Below are positions 20,997-31,308 of a stretch of DNA of 64,000 nucleotides, one piece after another. Both the position numbers and the translations under genes were made by a program. Position 1 is the stretch's first letter. Every line of letters starts with the position of its first letter. The DNA comes from an uncultured Verrucomicrobiae bacterium (lineage in GTDB: Bacteria; Verrucomicrobiota; Verrucomicrobiia; Chthoniobacterales; UBA10450), in NCBI GenBank assembly GCA_963801815.1, contig CAWDGJ010000003.1, positions 224,001 to 288,000 on the forward strand, given 5' to 3'. The notes beneath the pieces were generated by a model. The model worked only from the letters and a program-made list of their open reading frames with translations. It was not told the DNA's origin and searched no databases.

Positions 20997-22483
20997 TTAA
21001 ATTCGACCGGATGATTTTCGATCGCACGTCGCGCCACTTGAATGTCCTCGAATGGCACGATGTGATCGGCAAACTCCTGATAATTTTCGTGACCTTTGCC
21101 CGCGATCAACACGATGTCACGCGGTTGCGCGAGTCCAACTGCGCGGGCAATCGCCGCTGCTCGATCGGTGATTTTTTCGAACTGACTGCCGCGGAATCCC
21201 TTTTCAACATCGGAAATAATTTTTTCCGGATCTTCCTTGCGTGGATTGTCCGACGTGATGATCGCGAAGTCGGCGTTCTGGTCCACCACTTGCCCCATCA
21301 ACGGCCGTTTTTGACGGTCACGATTTCCGCCGCAGCCGAAAACGACGATCAAACGTCGCGGGGCCAGTTCGCGCAGCGTCTTGATCACGTTCAGCAGCGC
21401 ATCGGGCGTGTGGGCGTAGTCGACAAAAACCTGGAACTGGCGTTTCGCAGGAACCATTTCCAGACGACCGGGAACCTGTGGCGATTTACCAAGACTCAAA
21501 ATTGCCTCGCGCAGTCCGACGCCCAGCGCATTGGCAGCGGCGAGCGCGGCCATAGAGTTAGCGACGTTGAACCGTCCGATCAACGGCACTCGAATGAGGT
21601 AACTTTTTCCGCGCGCGTCGAGTTGATAAGACGTGCCGCCAAATTCCATTCGATAATTCGAAGCTCGAAAATCAGCTTTCAGGCTGGTCCCGAAAGTTAC
21701 GACCGAAATCTTGTTACTTATCGTCGAGATCAACTTTTGGCCGTAGCGATCGTCGATATTGATGATGGCGACCGGTTTTTTCTTTCGTTCCTGTCGCCCA
21801 AGCTGTTCGAACAACTTCGCTTTTGCTTCGAAGTAGTTCTCCATCGTTCCGTGAAAGTCGAGATGGTCTTGAGTGAGGTTCGTGAAAACGGCCGCGTCCC
21901 ATTCGATGCCGCGAGTGCGTTCCTGGGCCAGCGCGTGAGACGAGACTTCCATTGCGGCCGCCTTGCAGCCGGCATCTTTGATCTGCGACAGCAATTCTTG
22001 AAGGTCGAGGGATTCCGGAGTGGTCCGAGCCGCCGGTAAGACGCGTTCGCCGATTTCATAACGAACGGTTCCAAGCAAACCGCAGCGAGTTCCGGCTTTC
22101 TCGCAGATGTGTTTGATTAGGAACGTGGTCGTCGTTTTGCCGTTCGTTCCGGTAACGCCGGCAATTTTCAGTTTCCGGCCGGGATAATTATAAAATCGCG
22201 CGCCGAGATCCGCCATTGCGGTGCGCGTGCTTTCAACGACTACGGAAGTGGCGCGTCCCGCCAGGGCGGGATTCTCCGCGCGCTCGCCAACGATCACAGT
22301 GGCGCCTTTTTCGATGGCCTGGTCGATGAAGTCGTGGCCATCGCTCTTTTCGCCGCGCAATGCCACGAAGAGGCCATTCCTCTGTACACGGCGCGAGTCA
22401 TACGCGATGCTTTCCACCGCGCGATCAGCTGGGCCGATGATTTTGCGAACGGCAATCGCGTCGAGAAGAGTTTTGAGCTGCAT
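20993..22483 (-). CDS. murE: MurE ligase, meso-DAP type
   Basis: GTNGKTT, MEVSSH, TNLTQDHLDFH, DYAHTPD, DNPR (DAP specificity) and AGKGHE motifs. Confidence 0.97.
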   Translation of the reverse strand: MQLKTLLDAIAVRKIIGPADRAVESIAYDSRRVQRNGLFVALRGEKSDGHDFIDQAIEKGATVIVGERAENPALAGRATSVVVESTRTAMADLGARFYNYPGRKLKIAGVTGTNGKTTTTFLIKHICEKAGTRCGLLGTVRYEIGERVLPAARTTPESLDLQELLSQIKDAGCKAAAMEVSSHALAQERTRGIEWDAAVFTNLTQDHLDFHGTMENYFEAKAKLFEQLGRQERKKKPVAIINIDDRYGQKLISTISNKISVVTFGTSLKADFRASNYRMEFGGTSYQLDARGKSYLIRVPLIGRFNVANSMAALAAANALGVGLREAILSLGKSPQVPGRLEMVPAKRQFQVFVDYAHTPDALLNVIKTLRELAPRRLIVVFGCGGNRDRQKRPLMGQVVDQNADFAIITSDNPRKEDPEKIISDVEKGFRGSQFEKITDRAAAIARAVGLAQPRDIVLIAGKGHENYQEFADHIVPFEDIQVARRAIENHPVEFK

Positions 22484-22511
22484 GAGGGTCCGCCATTTTT
22501 TGGCCAAGGAC

Positions 22512-24272
22512 TCAATGGCGTGAAGAATTGGTTAAGGCAACTCGCTCCACGGGGACGGCCTTGCGAATCTCCTCATGCGGCTCAAGATCGAGATAACGGG
22601 CGGCCTTTTCAGCGATCCGCGAGAAAATCGGACCCGCGACCTGGCCACCGTAATTTTGTTCCGGCTTTGTCTGGGCATCGTCGAGCACAACCAGTCCGAC
22701 AAATTCGGGATGGTCCGCCGGGAGATAGCCGCAGAACGAAACGACTTCCTTACCTTTCTCGTATCCGCCGTGCGGCCCAACTTTTTGCGCGGTACCGGTC
22801 TTGCCGGCGATGATAAAGCCGGGAACTGCGGCCGCTGCGGCGGTGCCGCGATCGCTCACTACGCCGCGAAGCGCCGTTCCGATTTGACCCGCAGTTTGGG
22901 ACGAGATTACCTGGCGAAGAGCGATCGGCTTCAACGTGCTGATGGTCTTACCGTCACTTGTAGTGATCGATTTGACTATTCGCGGCGTCATCAATCTTCC
23001 GCCGTTGGCGATCGCGCACATGGCAGCCGTCATTTGCAAAGGCGTTACGCCGATTTCGTGGCCCATCGGGATGCGGGTGATGGAAATCTTGCTCCATGAT
23101 TGGGGCGGGCGAATCAGTCCGGGAATTTCGCCGGGCAGCTCGACACCGGTCCGTTCGCCAAAGCCAAATCGCCGGATGTATTCGTAAAACTTCTGGTCGC
23201 CGAGGCTGATGGCCAGCTTGGCCGCGCCGATGTTGCTCGACTTCACAAGAATGTCTTTGACGCTCAGATCGCGAAATGCGGCGTGATCGTGCAACGGCGT
23301 TCCGCCGAAGTTCCAAACCCCGTTCTCGCAAAAAATGTAGGAGTCGAGGCTGAACTTGTGCTCGTTAAGCGCGGCTGCAGCGGTGACGATTTTAAATGTC
23401 GAGCCCGGCTCCATCATGTCGCAGATCGCGCGGTTCTTCATCTGTTCCGGCTTAGCGTCGGCTCGCTTGTTCAGATCGAAGTTGGGCCGGTTCGCCATCG
23501 CCAGGATCTCGCCGGTTTGTGGGCGCATCAGAATGATCGTCGCCTTCTTTGGCGAGTACTCGCGCATGGCGGCGTCGATCTCGTTCTCGACAATGTTCTG
23601 CAGATTAAGATCGACAGTGAGATGGACTTGATAGCCGTTGCGCGACGCTCGTTCCTGGCCGCGGTACAGGACGATTTCCTGCCCGGCACGATTATGCTCG
23701 ATGTAGCGGTAACCATCCTGTCCGTGCAGATATTCGTCCATCGAACCTTCCACGCCTTGAATGCCTTTATGTTCGAAATCGGTGAAGCCAATCACGTGAC
23801 AAAGCATTGCGCCGTTGGGATAAACGCGCATGGCATCCTGTTCGAAATAAATTCCGCGGAAATTTTGGGCGCGGAGTTTTTGATTAAGTAAATCGGCGTT
23901 CGCCTTTGCGACTTCTCGTTTCAGAACGATGTAACGCCGATCAGTCTGCAGTTTTTCGGAGACTTCGGCGCGCGGAAGTCTTAATTCGTCCGCGACAAGA
24001 TCGACAGTGGCATCAACATTGTTAAGCCGGGTGGCGTCGGCGACCACGGTTTCAACCGGAACGTTATTGGCGAGCACTTCGTTGTTGGCATCAAGGATCG
24101 CGCCGCGCTCGGCGAAGATCGGTTGCTTGATGACGTGCTTCTCCGCGGCGAGGCCGGCGTATTCGTCGTGCTTGATCATCTGGAGATAGATCAAGCGGAA
24201 CGAAAAGAGGCTGAAAAGAAGGATGAAGCCGAGGCAGACGAGTGCGCATCGGGTGCGGCTGTTCCATTTCAT
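22512..24272 (-). CDS. ftsI: Class B penicillin-binding protein FtsI/PBP3
   Basis: ATG at 24272 (MKWNSRTR) followed by a TM helix; EPGSTFK (SxxK), SSN and KTGT motifs. Confidence 0.95.
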   Translation of the reverse strand: MKWNSRTRCALVCLGFILLFSLFSFRLIYLQMIKHDEYAGLAAEKHVIKQPIFAERGAILDANNEVLANNVPVETVVADATRLNNVDATVDLVADELRLPRAEVSEKLQTDRRYIVLKREVAKANADLLNQKLRAQNFRGIYFEQDAMRVYPNGAMLCHVIGFTDFEHKGIQGVEGSMDEYLHGQDGYRYIEHNRAGQEIVLYRGQERASRNGYQVHLTVDLNLQNIVENEIDAAMREYSPKKATIILMRPQTGEILAMANRPNFDLNKRADAKPEQMKNRAICDMMEPGSTFKIVTAAAALNEHKFSLDSYIFCENGVWNFGGTPLHDHAAFRDLSVKDILVKSSNIGAAKLAISLGDQKFYEYIRRFGFGERTGVELPGEIPGLIRPPQSWSKISITRIPMGHEIGVTPLQMTAAMCAIANGGRLMTPRIVKSITTSDGKTISTLKPIALRQVISSQTAGQIGTALRGVVSDRGTAAAAAVPGFIIAGKTGTAQKVGPHGGYEKGKEVVSFCGYLPADHPEFVGLVVLDDAQTKPEQNYGGQVAGPIFSRIAEKAARYLDLEPHEEIRKAVPVERVALTNSSRH

Positions 24273-24632
24273 CTCGCGCTCCGCTGGTTCGAAACCGGCT
24301 GAATGGCGTCGTCCGAATTCCGGGCGGGCAAGGTGAGCCGAACGATGTTGTGTTCGGCGATCGGAATCATTTTCAGATAACCTTCCTTCAACCGGCGTTG
24401 CAATGCGGAGCGCGAGGTCAGGGCCGCGATCTGAACGCTGGCGACCTCGTTTTGCATCCGCAAATTGGCGAGCTCCGTCTCGAGCGCCTTTTTTCGATCG
24501 CCCAGATGATACAGCTGAAGCGTGAGATAGACGTAGCAAAGCCCCGTCAGCGCGAGAAATGCCGTTAACACAATCCAGCGCGCGAGCGACGCGGCGTTGA
24601 CTTCATTCCAATTTTCGTCGCGACCGGCTCAT
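24269..24632 (-). CDS. ftsL: FtsL-like cell division protein; one frameshift near the start
   Basis: TM helix plus coiled coil, between rsmH and ftsI, with ATGA overlaps at both ends. Confidence 0.7.
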
Positions 24633-25631
24633 CCGATTTTCTCGGCCACGCGCAACTTCGCGCTGCGCGAGCGCGGATTGGCTCGCTGTTCGTTTTCGCC
24701 CGGTTCGACCGGCTTCGGCGTGATCAGACTCAAATCGAAATCCGGATTACGTCGCGGCTCGGGCCATTCCGGCCGATCGAGCCATTCACGGCTGCGATCG
24801 CGGAAGAAATTCTTCACGATTCGATCCTCGAGCGAATGAAACGTGATGACGGCGATGCGCGCGCCGGGTTCCAGGCGCGCGGTCAAAACGCGCAGGCCTT
24901 GTTCGAGCGCGCCCAGTTCGTCGTTCACTTCCATGCGCAGCGCTTGAAAAACTTGCGTGGCCGGATGACGGCGACCGTGACGGCCGACAACTTTTTCGAT
25001 CGCGCGACTCAACTGCAGCGTCTCGTGAAGGGCGCGTCTTTGCGCATCTTCACGATCAAGCTCGGCGATGCGACGCGCAGCCGGTTCTTCGCCCAGTTCA
25101 CGAAAGAGACGCGTCAGTTCTTCTTCGCTGTAACTATTAACGATGTCGGCCGCAGTGATCATCGATCCCGGATCCATTCGCATGTCGAGCGGTCCATTGC
25201 GCATCAGGCTGAAACCGCGCTCCGCGTTCTCGAGTTGACGCGAGGAAACGCCAAGGTCGAGAAGCGCGCCGCCGATCTTTCCAATCGCCGAGCTCGTCCA
25301 GAATTTTGTCCGCGTCGCGAAAGTTAGCCTGACGCAGCGTGACGCGTCCGCCGAAATGCGCGAGTTCTTCGCGTGTATGCGCGATCGCTTCCGGATCCTG
25401 ATCGAGCGCAAGCACGTCGGCGCCAGTCTTCAGAATGGCTTCGGTGTGACCGCCGCCGCCGCAGGTTGCATCGACAACCAGCGAGCCGGGACGCGGCGCG
25501 AGCAATTCGATCGCTTCCGTGACCAGCACCGGCCGATGATAAGTAAAGTCCTCCATTTCCTGCGCCTCCTCTTCCAGTATCAGCGGACCGGTCGCGAACC
25601 AGACGGGCCGCTCAAATAACAATGCGTTCAT
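24629..25631 (-). CDS. rsmH: 16S rRNA m4C1402 methyltransferase RsmH; frameshifted
   Basis: HRPVL, DATCGGGGHT, DLGVSS.QL, PLDMRM, FHSLEDRIVK and NPRSRSAKLR motifs. Confidence 0.96.
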
Positions 25632-25642
25632 AGTAGGGTTGC

Positions 25643-26094
25643 TTACAAACCGATCACGTTGGCAACGTGCTGGTAAGTGGGCGTCTCCTCTTCGTGCGCC
25701 TTCTTCCGGCTCTGCAGAGTTCCAAATTTCAAAACGGCCGCGACCGCCGACCAGCGCGACCTCGCCTTTCAACCCAAGCTTTTGGCAAAGATCGTCCGGC
25801 AGAACGAGACGGCCTTGTTTGTCGGCGGTGCCATGCTGAGCGCGGGAGTGGAGTTGGCGAAGAAAAACGCGGCGATCGCGCGCGGAAACATTGGGGTCAG
25901 TTTCGGCAGCGCGCGCTCATACGAGAAAATTCTTCAGGCGACATGACCAGGAGAAATTGATGATTCGCCTCCGGAAGAATGATGAATTCTTCAGCGCCAT
26001 CGCGACGCCAGCGCGCGGGAATGGTGATGCGGTTCTTTTCGTCGATGAAGTGACGAAACTCGCCGGCGTAGAAGCGTTGTTCAGGCGTATCCAT
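25643..26094 (-). CDS. mraZ: Transcriptional regulator MraZ; frameshifted
   Basis: GEFRHFIDEKNRITIPARWR, DKQGR and GGRGRFEIW motifs; first dcw gene. Confidence 0.9.
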
Positions 26095-26113
26095 GGGCGG
26101 GTGGAGAAATGTT

Positions 26114-26166
26114 CCATTCTAACCCACTTTTCCCCACTTTTAACCACCTTCCGCGCCATACGTCAA
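26114..26166 (-). promoter_or_regulatory. dcw promoter with MraZ-binding repeats
   Basis: Minus strand: TTGACG (-35), then GTGG/GTGG/GTGG/ATGG at exact 10-nt spacing (26144, 26134, 26124, 26114). Confidence 0.8.
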
Positions 26167-26294
26167 CAAAAATAATCGCTTCCCGTTGACCTGATCTTCC
26201 CGGAGGCGATGGACTTATCGGCCAGCGGCCATGACGTCCTCACGTGCGGATGGGGTTGCCCCTTGGAAGAAAAAGGGTTAAGAAGTCAGCCCCG

Positions 26295-26978
26295 ATGATT
26301 GATTACATCCAAAAGGGCGGTCTGCTGATGTGGCCGATCCTGGCCTGTAGCATTGTCGCCATCGCTGTTTTTGCCGAGCGGTTCTTTTATTTGCATCGCG
26401 CGACCATTCATGTCGGCGAATTTCTCAAGGGACTTTCGAATTTGGTCCAGCGCCGGAACTTCGCCGAGGCTCTCCACGAATCAGCGGGCACGCCAGGCCC
26501 GGTTGCTCGCGTGATTCACGCCGCAGTTCTTCGCCACGATCTGCCTCGTTCCGAACTTCGCGAGATCGTTCAGGAAGCGGGACAACTTGAAGTTCCCAAG
26601 CTCGAGCGGTTTCTGGGTGTGCTCGCAACCCTGGCTTTTCTTGCGCCGCTACTTGGTTTACTCGGAACCGTATCCGGGATGATCGACGCCTTTGGGATGA
26701 TCGCCTCCCACGGCGGCTATGCGACCGTTACCGAGCTTTCCGGCGGGATTTATAAGAGTTTGCTCACGACTGCCGCCGGACTTGTTGTCGCGGCACCAAC
26801 ATTTGTTGCCTACAGCTACCTATCCTCGCGTGTGAACACGATGATGCATGAAATGGAACGCGCCGGCATTGAGATCGTGCATATGTTGAAGGACAGCGAA
26901 GCCCTCAGCGGCATCATTAGCTTCCAGCAAACTGCTGAAACAGTGCCGGGCTCCCGAGAAGCGCGCCGCGATCATTGA
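26295..26978 (+). CDS. exbB: MotA/TolQ/ExbB proton channel protein
   Basis: APLLGLLGTVSGMI and GI..SLLTTAAGL motifs. Confidence 0.9.
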   Translation: MIDYIQKGGLLMWPILACSIVAIAVFAERFFYLHRATIHVGEFLKGLSNLVQRRNFAEALHESAGTPGPVARVIHAAVLRHDLPRSELREIVQEAGQLEVPKLERFLGVLATLAFLAPLLGLLGTVSGMIDAFGMIASHGGYATVTELSGGIYKSLLTTAAGLVVAAPTFVAYSYLSSRVNTMMHEMERAGIEIVHMLKDSEALSGIISFQQTAETVPGSREARRDH

Positions 26979-26982
26979 TTTC

Positions 26983-27109
26983 TAACTACGAATTGACCAG
27001 CCTTTACCCAGTTACGGCTTGGCAAGCACTAATAGACACGAAATAAGGAGGACGCGATGGCGCGGACGGGCGCCTCAGATTCGTGTGAGTTAGTGTTCAT
27101 TCGTGGTTA
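26983..27109. repeat. Long imperfect inverted repeat with a nested 30-nt palindrome
   Basis: TAACTACGAAT...ACTAATAGACACGAA pairs with TTCGTGTGAGTTAGTG..ATTCGTGGTTA; the left arm is interrupted at 26998-27027. Confidence 0.7.
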
Positions 27110-27122
27110 AATTTTCTCCTCA

Positions 27123-27527
27123 ATGAAGCTGAGCCGCACCAAAGAATATAACTTCGGTTGGCTTGTCGTTTTCCCGCTGATCGACGTCGTGTTTCTGCTC
27201 ATCTTCTTTACGCTGTTGAGCTCGAATTTTATTCTTCAGCCGGGGATCGCCGTGACCGCCCCAACCACGCCGTTTCTGCTTAGCGTTCAGAGAAATCAGC
27301 AAATCATCAGCATTACCAGCGGTACAGTACCGGCGATCTATTTTCGCGACCAGAAAACCTCTCTCGAAAACCTCGGACCGTTGCTCGACGACGCTAAGCG
27401 CGAAAATCGATCCATTATTATTAAGGCTGACCGCCAAACGCCCTATGAGCTGGTGGTGGCGGTGACCAATGCCGCACTCGAGCACGGCATTTCGTCCGTG
27501 TCGCTGGCTGGAGCTGCACCGAAATGA
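27123..27527 (+). CDS. exbD: Biopolymer transporter ExbD/TolR
   Basis: PLIDVVFLLIFF TM segment with the conserved Asp; IIKAD motif. Confidence 0.9.
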   Translation: MKLSRTKEYNFGWLVVFPLIDVVFLLIFFTLLSSNFILQPGIAVTAPTTPFLLSVQRNQQIISITSGTVPAIYFRDQKTSLENLGPLLDDAKRENRSIIIKADRQTPYELVVAVTNAALEHGISSVSLAGAAPK

Positions 27528-28297
27528 ACGCACCCTCGACTGCGCCGTTGATTTTTAACTGGGACCAGCCGCGCCGGCGCAATTTCGCTTTCGCCGGGTT
27601 CATTGTGGCTTCCTTCGGAATTCACATCGCTTGCTTTTATCTTTTTCAGGTTGTTTATCCGTCAACCGTCTCGCTTCTTCCAGCGCCCCAACGGGTCAAT
27701 CTGATGACTGCGAATTCAGAGCAAACTGCTTCCCTGTTGCGCTGGATCGAAGCGGAAGATCCGGCGCTTGCTTCAACGACAAGAAGGCCGCCGCATCTGC
27801 CGCGTCGCGAGATGGGAAAAGTGGAGCACGTTCCCTCGTATTTTGCGAGAGAGCCGGCCTTGAAAGAACCACCGCCTTTGGTTGCAGATCTCCGGGTTCC
27901 AAGCGCGCAACCGCCTGGGCCAGTGCCGATGACGCGCCCCGCGGTTGCGCCGCCGATTGGAATTCAGCCGACGCGAGTGGTTTTCTCCTCTGATTTACAG
28001 CAGTTGGGTGCGGCAAAACTTGCCGCCGGGGATTTTAAGGCGGCGGCAATCGAACTGCCGCAGGACGCGCAGTTTCGGATAGCAGTTGATGCCCAGGGGG
28101 CGGTCGTTTACTGCTTCACGTTAACTTCCTCCGGCGACGCAGTCCTTGACGAGCAAGCTCGCCAACACCTCGCGCTCTGCCGATTCCCAACTGCATCGAG
28201 AGGGGACAGCGGCGCGCTGGTTTGGGGAATCGTGACGATAGAGTGGGGCAACGACGTAGCCACTCCGAATGCAAAACCAACTCCGAGCGAGCCGTGA
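27524..28297 (+). CDS. TonB-like energy transducer
   Basis: TM helix with SxxxH (SFGIH), Pro-rich linker, C-terminal VDAQGAV...SSGDAVLDEQA; follows exbBD. Confidence 0.7.
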   Translation: MNAPSTAPLIFNWDQPRRRNFAFAGFIVASFGIHIACFYLFQVVYPSTVSLLPAPQRVNLMTANSEQTASLLRWIEAEDPALASTTRRPPHLPRREMGKVEHVPSYFAREPALKEPPPLVADLRVPSAQPPGPVPMTRPAVAPPIGIQPTRVVFSSDLQQLGAAKLAAGDFKAAAIELPQDAQFRIAVDAQGAVVYCFTLTSSGDAVLDEQARQHLALCRFPTASRGDSGALVWGIVTIEWGNDVATPNAKPTPSEP

Positions 28298-28533
28298 TTC
28301 GAGTCAGTCTCGCTACGCTCGTCACGATTTATCTGCTGCTTTTCCTTGCGACGATTTTTCTTCTCTGGATAGTAGGTGAGTGGAATCGGCGCCGGCGTGA
28401 GCGGCGCGCATTGCGCTACCGGTTACGTTGCGTGATTTGCGCGTTCGAGTTTGAGGATCGAACGGCGGCACTACTTCCACGCTGTCCGCGTTGCGGAAGT
28501 TTGAACGAAAGATTTAGATTGGAGCAAATTTAA
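28294..28533 (+). CDS. Small membrane-anchored zinc-ribbon protein
   Basis: GTG start overlaps the upstream TGA; TM helix, Arg-rich stretch, CVIC...CPRC. Confidence 0.75.
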   Translation: MIRVSLATLVTIYLLLFLATIFLLWIVGEWNRRRRERRALRYRLRCVICAFEFEDRTAALLPRCPRCGSLNERFRLEQI

Positions 28534-28535
28534 TT

Positions 28536-29713
28536 ATGGGAATGTGGATTGGCCGAAATCGAAAAGCGCGCGTCACCTACGGGTTCGACGAAATCGCGCT
28601 CGTTCCTGGTCGTGTCACGATCAATCCAAACGAAGTCGACATCACGTTTCGTTTGCCGCGCAAAAACGCGGAGCCCTTGAACTGAAGATCCCCATCCTCG
28701 CCAGCGCCATGGACGGCGTGGTCGATGTGAAGTTTGCGGTCGCGATGAGCAAGCTCGGCGGCCTTGCCGTTTTGAATCTCGAAGGCGTTCAGACTCGCTA
28801 CAAGAATCCGCAGGAAGTTTTGCAAAAAGTTGTCGATACCGACAAATCGGAAGTCACCGCGCTGCTGCAGCGAATTTACCAGGAACCGGTTCAGGCGGAT
28901 TTGATCGCCGCCCGCGTGAAACAAATCAAAGACGAAGGCGGAATCGCGGCGGTCAGTTCGATTCCGCAACGCGCCGCCGAGTTTGGCCCGATCGCCCAGG
29001 AAGCCGGCGCCGACGTTTTCGTCGTGCAAAGCACGGTCTCGACCGTGCGCCATATTTCGACCGAATATAAATCGCTCGATCTCACAAAATTTTGCGCCGA
29101 TATGCGCATCCCGGTGATCGTCGGTAACACCGTCGGTTACGATGTCACGTTGGAAATCATGGAATGCGGTCCCGCGGCCGTTTTGATCGGCGTCGGCCCC
29201 GGCGCGGCGTGCACTTCGCGCGGCGTGCTCGGTCTTGGCGTGCCGCAGGTCACGGCCACGGTCGATTGCGCGGCGGCGCGCGATGCTTATTTCAAGAAAA
29301 CGTCGCGCTACGTTCCGATCATTACCGACGGCGGAATGAGCAAAGGCGGCGATGTCTGCAAAGCGCTCGCTTGCGGCGCGGACGCGGTCATGGTGGGCAG
29401 CGCGTTCGCCCGCGCACACGAAGCGCCGGGCTCCGGTTATCATTGGGGAATGGCTACGCCGCATGCGAATCTGCCGCGCGGCACGCGCATCAAGGTCGGC
29501 ACCACCGGTTCGCTGAAACAAATTTTGTTCGGCCCGGCCGAAGTCGACGACGGCAGCCAGAATCTGGTCGGCGCGATCACGACCTGCATGGGCAACGTCG
29601 GCGCGCGGAACATCGCCGAGTTTCAGCAGACCGAAATCATCATCGCGCCGTCGATCAAAACCGAAGGCAAACTTTTCCAGACGGTGCAGAGCGTCGGAAT
29701 GGGAACGCGCTAA
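28536..29713 (+). CDS. guaB3: GuaB3-family IMP dehydrogenase-related protein; one frameshift
   Basis: YGFDEIALVPG, ASAMDGVV, GVGPGAACTSR (catalytic Cys) and ITDGG motifs. Confidence 0.9.
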
Positions 29714-29715
29714 AA

Positions 29716-29783
29716 GCAGTGACAAGTGACAATGATTAATGATCCTGTCTGGTCGACCGATCACTGAACACTCGTCACTCATT
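29716..29783. repeat. 7-nt periodic inverted array
   Basis: cagtgacaagtgacaatgattaatga ... tcactgaacactcgtcactcatt. Confidence 0.5.
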
Positions 29784-29785
29784 TC

Positions 29786-31036
29786 ATGAATTGATCGAAG
29801 AGTTGTAATCACCGGCATGGGCGTCGTCACGCCGGTCGGCAACGATTTCGAGACGTTTTGGACAGCACTCAAGGAAGGCATGAGCGGCATTGGCCGGATC
29901 ACTGCGTTCGATATTTCGCAGTACGACTGCCAGATCGCCGGCGAAGTCCGCAATTTCGATCCGAAGCCATATTTCAAGAATCCGAAGGACATTCGGCGGA
30001 CCGATCGATTCGCCCAGCTGGCCATGGGCGCGGCCAAAATGGCGATGCAGGACAGCGGCGTCGATTTGGAAAAAGTAAATCGCGATCGCTTCGGTACGAT
30101 TATCAGCAGCGGCATCGGCGGACTGAAAACGCTCGAGGATCAGTTCACCATTCTGATGAACAAAGGTCCGTCGCGCACCTCGCCGTTCACGATTCCGATG
30201 CTGATCAGCAACATGGCCAGCGGCGTCATCTCGATGGAGTTCGGATTGCGCGGTCCGAACCTGTGCATCGTCACCGCCTGCGCGACTTCGAACAACGCGA
30301 TCGGCGAATCGTGGCGCATGATCAAATTCGGCGACGCCGATATTTTTCTGGCCGGCGGCTCCGAAGCCTCCATCGTCGAACTCGGTCTCGCCGGATTTTC
30401 CTCCATGAGAGCGCTCAGCCGTCGCAACGACGAACCGGAACGCGCGTCGCGTCCGTTCGATCGGGATCGGGACGGTTTCGTGATGAGCGAAGGCGCCGGC
30501 GTTTGCGTGGTCGAAGAGCTCGAGCACGCGAAGAAGCGCGGCGCGAAAATTTATTGCGAGCTCACTGGCTACGGACTTACCGCCGATGCTTATCACATGA
30601 CTGCGCCGCCGGATGATGGCGAAGGCGCGGCGCGCGCGATGAAAATGGCGCTCGATCACGCGAAGCTTTCGCCGAGCGATGTCGATTACATCAATGCCCA
30701 CGCGACTTCGACCGGACTCGGCGACATTGCCGAAACCAAGGCGATCAAGAAGGTTTTCGGCGACCAAACGGCAAGAAGTTTCCGATCAGCGCGACCAAAT
30801 CGATGACCGGCCACTTGTTAGGCGGCGCCGGCGCGGTGGAAATGGCCGCCTGCGCCCTGGCGATCCGCGACGGAGTTATTCCGCCGACAATCAATCTGGA
30901 ACATCCGGACGAGCTCTGCGATCTCGATTACACGCCGAACAAAGCGCGCGAGAAAAAGGTCCGCGTCGCGCTCAACAATTCATTCGGCTTCGGCGGTCAC
31001 AACGCCACTTTAGTTGCGACAGCGTTTGACGGTTAG
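29786..31036 (+). CDS. fabF: Beta-ketoacyl-ACP synthase II; frameshifted
   Basis: [33 protein letters not shown] and NSFGFGGHN motifs. Confidence 0.95.
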
Positions 31037-31308
31037 CACTTTATCACGTGCGCGAAGTCGCTCCGATAGTCTTAGCCATCGCTTGGCTCATTATTGGCAT
31101 TACCGCGCTTGTTACTGGCTAAAGTTTTTGTTCACTACGCGTTCGGCTTACATGACCACACACCTGCGGATCCGTGGTTGCGACTGGCATTAAAAAACGG
31201 CAATTTATCCGCGCGCAGTTACGCCAAGCAGTGGTAAATAGCGCAGCCGACGGAATAGGCGCGCTTTGCGGAAGGAACCGTCGTTACCAAAAACCGGCGA
31301 TTGAAGCC

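Noticed and set aside
24273..24539. N-terminal extension of FtsI in the ORF track (likewise extensions of murG, rluB, comEC and the small basic protein)
   Set aside because: The extensions overlap the upstream gene or repeat/promoter DNA; downstream ATGs give canonical starts.
28577..30115. 512-aa minus-strand ORF, plus similar long ORFs at 3412-4989, 7312-8475, 15765-16730, 20921-22039 and 29784-30767
   Set aside because: These are shadow or alternate-frame ORFs of well-supported genes in GC-rich DNA, with no recognisable motifs.
31048..31240. Small membrane-protein gene between fabF and rarA
   Set aside because: It needs a frameshift to exceed 25 codons and shows no recognisable motif.
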